A DNA stretch of 59,279 nt from positions 1 to 59,279 of IMG/VR virus record IMGVR_UViG_3300040816_001340. The stretch is one strand, 5' to 3'. This DNA is from a virus (lineage: Duplodnaviria > Caudoviricetes). Made by a program: the position numbers and the translations under genes. The notes beneath the pieces were generated by a model. It did not search any database, had not been told where the DNA came from, and worked only from the letters and a program-made list of their open reading frames with translations. Positions 1 through 7,848 of the stretch are shown here, one piece after another (the stretch's first letter is position 1; each line of letters begins with the position of its first letter).

Positions 1-365
1 TTAAGCTTTTTAACTAGCTCTTCTCTTGTTTTAACATGAAAAGTGCCAAAGTTTCTAATATCATTAAAGTAAACGTGGTCATCTTCGACAAAGTTTATTT
101 GTAGTCTAGAATGTTTCTTATTTACTCTTGACCAGCTTCCGGTCATACCTAAGGTATTAAATATGATATTCCTTTGAAGCTCAAACCAGATAAACTTTCC
201 TTTACAATTAACTGATAAGACTTTTTGTCCATTTAAGTTATCTAAGTTATCAATTGGCTTCTTAAGATATCTTCCACTTAAGACATCTAAGTTTTTAATT
301 GTTTTATTAGCGTAAAGCTTGTTAAGCTTATCAACATAAAGCTTTACTTCAGGTCCTTCTGGCAT
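1..365 (-). CDS. Fpg/Nei-family DNA glycosylase/AP lyase (partial; 3' end runs off window)
   Basis: Not in ORF track; translated by hand from ATG at 365: MPEGPEVK...NCKGKFIWF...NTLGMTGSW...FNDIRNFGTF. Shows the N-terminal catalytic P-E and the KGK, LGMTG and D-x-R-x-FG motifs of Fpg/Nei. Confidence 0.92.
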   Translation of the reverse strand, partial: MPEGPEVKLYVDKLNKLYANKTIKNLDVLSGRYLKKPIDNLDNLNGQKVLSVNCKGKFIWFELQRNIIFNTLGMTGSWSRVNKKHSRLQINFVEDDHVYFNDIRNFGTFHVKTREELVKKL

Positions 366-367
366 TT

Positions 368-856
368 TTACTCGATTGCTAGACTGTAAGGTTCCTCGTA
401 AAGGCATCCATCTGCAAGACACCGACCAATATATTCCTGTAGCTCTTCAAAGCTAGTACATACCTTAATTCCACTTCTTGCAAGCATTAGATTAAACTTA
501 GCATTTGGCGGAAGACCTGCACAATAATAAATGATAGGCTTACCAAGCGCATAAGCATAACCTGCTTCCCAAATAGTTCCAATATCCTTATCACGAGTAT
601 TTACAAAAACAAAATCAGCCGTTTCAATATGATGAAGATTACCTTCAAAGGTCTGATCTTGAACCTCTTTTGGTGCATTTGGCGGACAAACAAAGATCTG
701 TCTTGGCGCTGCCATGTCAACACCTTCTAGGCCACCAAAATATCCTTCTAGTTGATCCAGCTCTTCAGCTGCTGCAGGTGAAAACCATCCGCTTGCAAGA
801 TACATTTTCCATTTGTGATCTTTAGGCATTAGAATCATATCAGTCATATTAAGCAT
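368..856 (-). CDS. Nucleoside 2'-deoxyribosyltransferase-family (NDT/DNPH1/MilB-like) N-glycosidase
   Basis: YLASGWF, DIGTIWEAGYAYALGKP (catalytic Glu) and NLML motifs; exact start uncertain (several Met). Confidence 0.88.
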   Translation of the reverse strand: MLNMTDMILMPKDHKWKMYLASGWFSPAAAEELDQLEGYFGGLEGVDMAAPRQIFVCPPNAPKEVQDQTFEGNLHHIETADFVFVNTRDKDIGTIWEAGYAYALGKPIIYYCAGLPPNAKFNLMLARSGIKVCTSFEELQEYIGRCLADGCLYEEPYSLAIE

Positions 857-1826
857 TCTCCTTATTTAGTGTTGTACGAATATCATTGATTGCTGCAACA
901 TCAGCATCCCATAGTCGAGTAAAAGTCTTTTGGAAAGGATCACCGTTTGTTCCGTTAAGTGCCTCACGGCGGCAAGGATAAATTGTATCCTGCTCATGAT
1001 AGTCAAATGAATCATTCTTTGGCTCAGGCTGATAAAGGTTTGTACCTTTGCTTGTCCATGTATCTCCTTCCTTAACACGGAAAGTCTTAATGTAATGCAT
1101 ATCAGGTCGCTCAAAGTCAAGAACAGTTGAAAACTCTGGAATACACTCACAAATAAGACGTGCCATTTGAGTCGCAAGAATGTTATCAACCTCAGGCTGA
1201 ATTTGAACATCTTGACGTTGTCGAACAAGACCAATCAAATCCTTAATGTTAAACCTAGCATAATAGAAAGAAGTAAGGCATTTAGGAAGGATAATACGTG
1301 CATCCATCATTGAAATAACCTTAGAATCAACCATGTCAGCATAAAGCTGCTTTGTATCGTTAACAAGTTGCTGGTAACGGTCATAAAACTCAGGCGAGTT
1401 TTCAATAGCCTCTGGAACAACAGCAGGATCATCACGAAGATCACGATCACCCGTGCATTGTGCTGCAAATGAACCGGCACGATGTCGAATAAGATGTGTT
1501 ACTGTTTGAAGAGAAATTCCACTAATTCTAAACGTAAAACCAAGGCACTCCATAGGCGTAGGCAAAGCTCTAAAGTTAAGAACATCAATAAGATTAAGTG
1601 ACTTATCACGTGTAGAAACATTATCAGGAGAAGATTGCCAAGGATCGTCCGCCCAGGTCGCTTTTGTATAACACCATGCAACATTATGTGCCTGCTCTCG
1701 TGATGGCGCATCAACTAGCTCCACCTTAAGAGCTTCAAGATTGTTTTGAAATGTCGTATTACAAGATTGTCCAAACTTAAGATCCATAGGAAGAGTAATC
1801 GGGTCAATGTTATTATTAAGTGGCAT
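849..1826 (-). CDS. Divergent ThyX-fold flavoprotein (ThyX paralogue with altered active site)
   Basis: TPME..FTFRISGIS, LIRHRAGSF and DARIILP match the ThyX fold, but RHR-x7-S-x-RY reads RHR-AGSFAAQ-C-TGD; has a C-terminal extension. Confidence 0.85.
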   Translation of the reverse strand: MPLNNNIDPITLPMDLKFGQSCNTTFQNNLEALKVELVDAPSREQAHNVAWCYTKATWADDPWQSSPDNVSTRDKSLNLIDVLNFRALPTPMECLGFTFRISGISLQTVTHLIRHRAGSFAAQCTGDRDLRDDPAVVPEAIENSPEFYDRYQQLVNDTKQLYADMVDSKVISMMDARIILPKCLTSFYYARFNIKDLIGLVRQRQDVQIQPEVDNILATQMARLICECIPEFSTVLDFERPDMHYIKTFRVKEGDTWTSKGTNLYQPEPKNDSFDYHEQDTIYPCRREALNGTNGDPFQKTFTRLWDADVAAINDIRTTLNKENA

Positions 1827-1854
1827 TTAATTTCCTTTTGTTATTTGTGTCAAT

Positions 1855-1883
1855 ATAATAAATAATTTTTGTCTAATTTACAA
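1855..1883 (-). promoter_or_regulatory. Sigma70-like promoter for the thyX'-NDT-nei operon
   Basis: Minus strand TTGTAA-17 bp-TATTAT, followed by an AAGGAA RBS. Confidence 0.65.
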
Positions 1884-1884
1884 C

Positions 1885-2829
1885 TTATTTTAATTTTAAC
1901 GATAAATCCAAAACTTTGTAATGCATATTCTCTAAAGATGTTTCGTAAATATATTCGTCTTTCTTTGGATGATCTAAAATGCTTTTGTTATATTCATAGA
2001 TTGGCATTACAACTGGAACATTATGATTTGCATATTCACTTACATGTTTAGGTGAATCATCAATTGCAAACTTAAATCTTCCATCCAAATAAAAGTCTTG
2101 TTTTGCCAACCAAATATATTTTTCAGAAGAAAAGTTTAGCTTGTCAAATACAATATTACTATCAAGCAGACTCTGAAGTGTTTGATATTTGCATCTTAGA
2201 TTTGCTTCTGGTCTGCTTGTTAGTAACTGGATTTCATAGCCTGACTTTTGTAAAGCTTCTGTCATAAGAGAAGCATTTTGAAAAGCTGGAATTGTTAGTA
2301 GACCATCTTCTTCCATAAACTCTTCAAAAACACTTTCAGGACTTAATCCAATGTCTTTAACAGCAATAGATGAATAATACTGATTTGAGTTATCATCAAT
2401 CTCTATTGAGTATGTGTCTCTAATCCACTGATTAAATGTAGATCTAAAAGAGACAAGAACATCATCAATATCCACAACAACAACAGGCTTATTGGTAGTT
2501 CTATATGCAACATCTTTATGAAGATAGTTGTCTTTATGTTGAAATGCTTTTAAGAAAGTATCTTCATTAATATCATATAAGTTTAGTATTGCTAGCAAAT
2601 ATCTAAATGCGTCAACAGACTTATATAAGACTTTACCTTTATCAACTGTAAACTCGTCTTTATCATAGAACTTATAGTTTGTTGACGATACAATCTGAGT
2701 AGTCTCACTATGTAAAGAAAGTGACAAAGTCTTAAGCATCTCTTCTTTTTGTTTAGAAGACATATTGTTTTTATCGTAAAATAAGTTTGAAAACTTTTCT
2801 TGTAGTTCTAAATATTTTTTTAAGTCCAT
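1885..2829 (-). CDS. Fusion: degenerate all-alpha NTP-pyrophosphatase domain + HAD 5'(3')-deoxyribonucleotidase (NT5C-like)
   Basis: C-terminal HAD motifs VVVDIDDVL, LLTSRP, FAIDDSPKHV; the N-terminal ~110 aa resembles the 3898..4275 protein (VDAF.Y....L...F..AF..K). Confidence 0.8.
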   Translation of the reverse strand: MDLKKYLELQEKFSNLFYDKNNMSSKQKEEMLKTLSLSLHSETTQIVSSTNYKFYDKDEFTVDKGKVLYKSVDAFRYLLAILNLYDINEDTFLKAFQHKDNYLHKDVAYRTTNKPVVVVDIDDVLVSFRSTFNQWIRDTYSIEIDDNSNQYYSSIAVKDIGLSPESVFEEFMEEDGLLTIPAFQNASLMTEALQKSGYEIQLLTSRPEANLRCKYQTLQSLLDSNIVFDKLNFSSEKYIWLAKQDFYLDGRFKFAIDDSPKHVSEYANHNVPVVMPIYEYNKSILDHPKKDEYIYETSLENMHYKVLDLSLKLK

Positions 2830-2845
2830 GTTTACCTCTGGACTT

Positions 2846-2875
2846 ATTATATCTTATTTGTATCTATTTTTACAT
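2846..2875 (-). promoter_or_regulatory. Sigma70-like promoter
   Basis: ATGTAA-18 bp-TATAAT, then a GAGG RBS upstream of 2829. Confidence 0.55.
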
Positions 2876-3238
2876 TATTTCTTTAACAGCTGCAGTAAAA
2901 TCATCTAGCTGCTTATCAGTCATACTACTAGCAAAAGTATTTATGATAATGTCTACCTGTGATTGATTCATTGTAAAGCCAGTTTGTGCAACTAGAACAA
3001 ATAGCGCTAATAAAGTTGTAGAATACTTAAGCTGAAGTTTATTTGTAATTGAATCATCAACATCATCTCTAAATCTCATTGAGTCACGAAGTTCTTCTAG
3101 AAGTGCATATGCAGAGTTTAATGACCCTACTTTATCAGCAATCATATTTATTGCTGCTTCTAACTTAACTTTTTGAGGTGATGGTTTCATCTCTTCTTCA
3201 ATAGCTTCTAGGAGTGGCTTTAATGTATACTTACTCAT
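2870..3238 (-). CDS. Hypothetical protein
   Basis: 122-aa ORF tightly packed in the operon; no family motif recognised. Confidence 0.75.
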   Translation of the reverse strand: MSKYTLKPLLEAIEEEMKPSPQKVKLEAAINMIADKVGSLNSAYALLEELRDSMRFRDDVDDSITNKLQLKYSTTLLALFVLVAQTGFTMNQSQVDIIINTFASSMTDKQLDDFTAAVKEIM

Positions 3239-3239
3239 T

Positions 3240-3896
3240 TTAATCCTTACTTAAAATAATATCTTTAACTATTTGTTTATCTTCATTACTAAGCACAAAC
3301 TTAATGTCTCTTGAAGCTAATAAATCTTTTATTGTTAACGTTCTATATTTATTGTAATAGTAATAATAAGATAAAGTTCTTGCAATATTACTATTTATAT
3401 CACTTTCTTCAGAATATGAAGTAAATTCTAATGCTTCTTTTGCATTAACAATTTCTTTTGCAATACTAGCAATAAAAGAAGCCTTAAATCTTTCATATGT
3501 TTGTATATTAGTGTTATAAATACAGTTTGCAATAATAATACCATCATCAATCTCATCTGTCGTAGAGTAAGGAACTTCATCCTCATTTACTACAAAATAA
3601 AAGGTATTGTTAACTTCTGTATACTTTACCTTGTTTCGTAACAAAACATTTGCTTCAACTGAAAGATCTGTTTTTTCAAATATAGAAGCATTTGCATTTT
3701 TACTTAAAAAAGGAACCTCTTTATCAAAAACAACTTGTTTATCTTGATGAAACATTATTAAGACTTCACGATAGTTTAGAAAAAGTGTCATCTCAAACTC
3801 TGTTAGCAAACCTAGATAATTTAGAATATGAGATTCTACTTTTTTCTCGTATGTCTCAATAAAATCATCTACATCACTATCGAATTTGTAATTCAC
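3240..3896 (-). CDS. Hypothetical protein
   Basis: 218-aa ORF with GTG start, separated by 1 nt from both neighbours. Confidence 0.75.
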   Translation of the reverse strand: MNYKFDSDVDDFIETYEKKVESHILNYLGLLTEFEMTLFLNYREVLIMFHQDKQVVFDKEVPFLSKNANASIFEKTDLSVEANVLLRNKVKYTEVNNTFYFVVNEDEVPYSTTDEIDDGIIIANCIYNTNIQTYERFKASFIASIAKEIVNAKEALEFTSYSEESDINSNIARTLSYYYYYNKYRTLTIKDLLASRDIKFVLSNEDKQIVKDIILSKD

Positions 3897-3897
3897 T

Positions 3898-4275
3898 TTA
3901 ATATCCGTCAGTCAGCCTTTTCTTAATTATTTCGTGTTTTCTCTCAAAGGCACTAAAAAATTTCTTGCTATCAACACCACAAAGAATTAAAAGATTAAAA
4001 AAGTAGTTAAAAGCATCTACGATTTCTTCTAAAAATTCCTCTTGATCAATGTCAGGAAGATCAGATGTTCGATGAGGTTTCCAGTTTTTAAGATGACCTA
4101 AAGCCTCAAACATTTCTTCAACACCATTAAGCGCAATTTGTCGAATAAACTTTTGTGACTCTTTTGTTGTAATATCAACAGGCCACTGATTTGGAAATGA
4201 CTCTGGAAACCTTTTAATTAAAAGCTGTAAAAACTCTTCTCTATGTGTAAAAATAGTTTCTAGCTTATCTTTCAA
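3898..4275 (-). CDS. All-alpha (dimeric dUTPase/MazG superfamily, T4 gp56 dCTPase-like) NTP pyrophosphatase
   Basis: VEEMFEAL, NWKPH, FLEEIVDAF metal-binding motifs and C-terminal KRLTDGY; start uncertain (TTG). Confidence 0.85.
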   Translation of the reverse strand: MKDKLETIFTHREEFLQLLIKRFPESFPNQWPVDITTKESQKFIRQIALNGVEEMFEALGHLKNWKPHRTSDLPDIDQEEFLEEIVDAFNYFFNLLILCGVDSKKFFSAFERKHEIIKKRLTDGY

Positions 4276-4292
4276 TTTAATACCCTTTATTG

Positions 4293-4496
4293 TTAAGTGT
4301 CGTCTTTGGCACCTTCTGCAATAATTCTATCTAAATTTTGATTAAATACATGCATATAATCTTGGTCAATTTCCAAGACACCTTCAGCCTCAACTAACTC
4401 TAACATTCTAAAGTTATCTGTAATATCTGTTCCTGTCATAATAGCCATTTGTAGCAGTTTAACCACGTGTGCAATTGTATCGTCACTTAACTTCAT
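4293..4496 (-). CDS. Small hypothetical protein
   Basis: 67-aa ORF with AGGAGA RBS. Confidence 0.75.
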   Translation of the reverse strand: MKLSDDTIAHVVKLLQMAIMTGTDITDNFRMLELVEAEGVLEIDQDYMHVFNQNLDRIIAEGAKDDT

Positions 4497-4504
4497 ATTA
4501 TCTC

Positions 4505-4885
4505 CTATACTATAATTGGGTTTTTCTTTGTTTTAATTGCAATAGATTCAGTGTCATGATCAATTAGTTTTGCCATGTCTAAGTTTTCAATTCTTATTAG
4601 ACCTTTCAACACCTTCATGCATGCATCTAAATCTTTTGGATTTGGATCGTTAGGATCAACATATTTCGGGTTATATGAAATGTTTAATTCTATTATTCTT
4701 TTTCCACTTGATGTTCTTTTATCTGAAAGGGGTCTTGTCTGCCTGACAGTTGCAACACCTCCTAATGATCTTGCATCTGTTAAAATATCTAAAATGTTAG
4801 GATCATCTTTTCCTTCAATCTGAACTCTGCAGTGAACTAACATTTTAACTAAATCTTCGTGTCTCTCTTGTAATAAACCTGTCAT
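4505..4885 (-). CDS. Hypothetical protein
   Basis: 126-aa ORF with GAGG RBS and upstream ATATTTAG motif (4908-4915). Confidence 0.75.
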   Translation of the reverse strand: MTGLLQERHEDLVKMLVHCRVQIEGKDDPNILDILTDARSLGGVATVRQTRPLSDKRTSSGKRIIELNISYNPKYVDPNDPNPKDLDACMKVLKGLIRIENLDMAKLIDHDTESIAIKTKKNPIIV

Positions 4886-4919
4886 ATATTTACCTCATTT
4901 ACATAAACTAAATATATAT

Positions 4920-5627
4920 TTAATGATTATTAATTTCTCGATAAACATTAGTTGCAAAAGGCCAGATATTTACAATAATCTCTAGCATTCCTTTTGCTAG
5001 CTGCTGGATTTCCCATTGTGCGCCTTCATGAATTCTTAGATCAATAAACTTAAGAATATTATTAAGATTTGCTGTTGCGTAATACTTTGTATAAAGGTTC
5101 TGTGGAAGAATCATACGTGCTTGTTCTCTTGCAACGCCACCCTTGATAAGCTTTTCATAAAGTTCTAAAGAATCACTGCAGTGTTCTCGCACAACATCAG
5201 ATGCGCTACCTTCGCCGCCAAAGCCTGTAAAAATGTTAGGATTTACTAGATCATCTGTAGATGCTTGTCGATTTGAAGATGACTGCATTCTAAAAGAAGC
5301 AGGAAAATAAAACTTCATATCATAGTCTGTATATCGTCTACTAATTTCGTTGTAACTCCATGTTCGATGTCGATGATGTTGCGACCGAATAAATAGAGGA
5401 ACTTCGATAAGAAATGTAGCAAAGTTATGTTCTAGAGTTGAAGTATGTTTATGTTTAATAAGATACTTGATAAGTTTACGATCACGATTATCTAATTCTT
5501 GTTTCTCAACACCAAACGAGACTCTAGCTGAGTTGACAATTGTAAGCTCGTCACCCATGCTTTGAACAAGACTAATGTGACCAATATCATCATTATATAA
5601 TTTAACAGTTAAATTGTTTGAACTCAT
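4920..5627 (-). CDS. thyX: FAD-dependent thymidylate synthase (canonical)
   Basis: IVNSARVSF, KHTSTLEH, RHRTWSYNEISRRY (intact RHR-x7-S-x-RY), AREQARMILP, AQWEI. Confidence 0.96.
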   Translation of the reverse strand: MSSNNLTVKLYNDDIGHISLVQSMGDELTIVNSARVSFGVEKQELDNRDRKLIKYLIKHKHTSTLEHNFATFLIEVPLFIRSQHHRHRTWSYNEISRRYTDYDMKFYFPASFRMQSSSNRQASTDDLVNPNIFTGFGGEGSASDVVREHCSDSLELYEKLIKGGVAREQARMILPQNLYTKYYATANLNNILKFIDLRIHEGAQWEIQQLAKGMLEIIVNIWPFATNVYREINNH

Positions 5628-5651
5628 TTATTTCCTCTTAATTTAATAGTT

Positions 5652-5680
5652 ATTATAGAATATAATTTGCATATTTACAT
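5652..5680 (-). promoter_or_regulatory. Sigma70-like promoter of thyX, overlapping a divergent plus-strand ATATTTAC motif (5671-5678)
   Basis: ATGTAA-17 bp-TATAAT on the minus strand. Confidence 0.6.
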
Positions 5681-5701
5681 TAAAAAATAAATAGAGGCAT
5701 T

Positions 5702-6211
5702 ATGACATATCATATAAACCTTCAACACAGACGTGGAGTTAAAGTTTTAAGAACTGATAACACTTCGAATGCTATTAGACAAATTGTTACAAATTCTTTA
5801 ATTACAGTCAATGGATCAACTATGGCTTACACTCCTCTAGAAGGATCGAGTTATGTAATATATGAGTTCGTATCTCAATTACAATATGACCAAACTTTTA
5901 ATAATGCGTTATTTAGACTTAGAATGGGAGATACTTCTTCTTCTTTATCAGCTATAGCTTCAGATGATACAGGTTATAAAATGAAATTTGGTACTGGAAC
6001 TTCTTATTCTGATATTATTGGTCCTCTTGCTACTAACAACGTTTGGTATAATCAGCAGGTAAATTTAAGATTTGCAATATCAACATCTGGATGGACTTCT
6101 GAAAAATTTGTTGGTCTAAAAATTCAATGCTCGCCTTACGAGTCAGGTTATCATAGGTCTAGAATTAATGCATATAGTTTTGATCCATTTGTAATTATGT
6201 ACTGCATATAG
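5702..6211 (+). CDS. Small beta-rich putative virion protein, family A paralogue 1
   Basis: Shares Y/F-T/I-P...YVIYE and C-terminal P-x-V-x-x-Y-C/S motifs with the next two ORFs. Confidence 0.6.
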   Translation: MTYHINLQHRRGVKVLRTDNTSNAIRQIVTNSLITVNGSTMAYTPLEGSSYVIYEFVSQLQYDQTFNNALFRLRMGDTSSSLSAIASDDTGYKMKFGTGTSYSDIIGPLATNNVWYNQQVNLRFAISTSGWTSEKFVGLKIQCSPYESGYHRSRINAYSFDPFVIMYCI

Positions 6212-6219
6212 GAGATATA

Positions 6220-6702
6220 ATGAGTTATTTTTTAGAAACAAGAGAACCTGGGTATTTTTCAAAATTCAAAGGTGCTAAATTAAACAATTCGACATTATCG
6301 CAGTCTATAGGGAGTGACTATACTTTTTGCTCTGGGTCAGAAATATCTTATATACCAGATGAAGGATCAGACTATGTTATATACGAATATTGTTTTTTTG
6401 CTGATAGCTACATTCGCATAGATACTAGACTTGTTTATAGTGAAGATGGTGGAACTACTTTTACTGAGTTGTCAGGCAATCGATCTTCGTTTAATTCAGG
6501 TGAAACAAGTTTAGAATTTGAAACTACATGTAATGTTAGACTTCTTATAGATAGCTGGGGTTCAACAGAAAGAATTTTTAGAATTGAAGGAAAAGGAAGC
6601 GGTGTTGTCTTACATAGAGCTGCAAATTTCATAAGATCCAGCTCCGCTCAAACAAAATATTTTATTCCTACAGTTGCTTGTTATTCTATAACAGAAAGTT
6701 AA
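6220..6702 (+). CDS. Small beta-rich putative virion protein, family A paralogue 2
   Basis: SYIPDEGSDYVIYEY and PTVACYSI; AGGAGA RBS. Confidence 0.6.
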   Translation: MSYFLETREPGYFSKFKGAKLNNSTLSQSIGSDYTFCSGSEISYIPDEGSDYVIYEYCFFADSYIRIDTRLVYSEDGGTTFTELSGNRSSFNSGETSLEFETTCNVRLLIDSWGSTERIFRIEGKGSGVVLHRAANFIRSSSAQTKYFIPTVACYSITES

Positions 6703-6704
6703 AA

Positions 6705-7151
6705 ATGAGTTACTTATTAAATAATTACAATATATTATCATATAAATCAGAAGTTGGTGAAACAGTTAGTACTCAGTTAATAAATAATTCTGCTCAAGAG
6801 TCTGTTAACGGAACAAGAATTAGTTTTACTCCTTTAATTAAAACAGAATTTATTATGTATGAATGTTACTTGCAAGCTAACTATCAAGATTATAATTCAG
6901 AGCTTTCAATTGAGTTATATGAAAACGATGGAACAGGTTGGACAAATCTTGGTGATATATTTTGTGTTAAAGAAAAATCTGCAGGAAATATGCAATTTGG
7001 TGACGCAACACATTTAAGATATTTAATTCCTGGTTATAGCGGAACTAAAACATATGAACTTAGAGCAAGAGCAACAAGTACTTCAACAGAAACAAACTTG
7101 CCACATAATAATATAATACCTACTGTCATAATGTATAGTTGGATTGAATAA
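6705..7151 (+). CDS. Small beta-rich putative virion protein, family A paralogue 3
   Basis: Likely start MSYLL at 6705, paralleling MSYFL/MTYHI; SFTP..EFIMYE and PTVIMYSW. Confidence 0.6.
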   Translation: MSYLLNNYNILSYKSEVGETVSTQLINNSAQESVNGTRISFTPLIKTEFIMYECYLQANYQDYNSELSIELYENDGTGWTNLGDIFCVKEKSAGNMQFGDATHLRYLIPGYSGTKTYELRARATSTSTETNLPHNNIIPTVIMYSWIE

Positions 7152-7172
7152 TTAGACTAAAAGGGTTTATAT

Positions 7173-7505
7173 ATGTCTTTTAATATCACAGCAACATCAA
7201 AGGTTGTTACAATATCTGGAACTTATAATATAACTAAGGCTGATTCTGTAGGTACTGTATTTATTGCAGATGATTCAAGTGCTGTAGTTTTTAATCTTCC
7301 TTTAGCAAGCAGTGTAATTGCAGGCACATACTACACAATTAAAAAACAAGGAGGATCAGGTACAGTTTCTATAAATGGTAGTGGTAGTGATACCATAGAT
7401 GGATCGGCTGCTAAAGTTATTTCCGGATCACAAATATGGGATACATATACAATTGCATCAGACGGTGTAGATAAATGGTATTTCCTAAGCTTTGGGGCTT
7501 CATAA
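7173..7505 (+). CDS. Small virion/tail-fibre-type beta domain protein, family B paralogue 1
   Basis: FNLP.AS...GTYYTIKK...SINGSGSDTIDG...SDG..KWY, a pattern typical of phage fibre/decoration domains. Confidence 0.6.
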   Translation: MSFNITATSKVVTISGTYNITKADSVGTVFIADDSSAVVFNLPLASSVIAGTYYTIKKQGGSGTVSINGSGSDTIDGSAAKVISGSQIWDTYTIASDGVDKWYFLSFGAS

Positions 7506-7515
7506 GGAAGTTATT

Positions 7516-7848
7516 ATGACGTTTAATATAAAATCTAATTATAAAACATACAATGTTATAACTTCGTCAACATATGATATAAGCCCAAAAACTCCGAACG
7601 GTTCAGTTTTTATTGCTGAATCTTCTAGTAATTCAGTAACGTTTAATCTGCCTTCAGTTGCTAATATTCCTATTGGAACTAGACTTCATTTCAAAAGAAG
7701 CACAGGAAGCAACAATGTTATATTAGATCCAGCAGGAACAGAACAAATTGATCAATTTACAACAAGAAGTTTAGCAGGATCCAACTGGGCTTTTACAATT
7801 ATTTCAAACGGAACTCAGTGGTATATAATAAGCTTTGGTGTTAGTTAG
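7516..7848 (+). CDS. Small virion/tail-fibre-type beta domain protein, family B paralogue 2
   Basis: Likely start MTFNI at 7516 (AAGGAAG RBS); aligns end-to-end with 7173..7505 (FNLP, WY..SFG.S). Confidence 0.6.
   Translation: MTFNIKSNYKTYNVITSSTYDISPKTPNGSVFIAESSSNSVTFNLPSVANIPIGTRLHFKRSTGSNNVILDPAGTEQIDQFTTRSLAGSNWAFTIISNGTQWYIISFGVS

Noticed and set aside
849-1826. Divergent thyX as a pseudogene
   Set aside because: Intact 325-codon ORF with promoter, RBS, retained FAD-binding RHR and a coupled downstream gene; substitutions cluster at substrate-contact positions.
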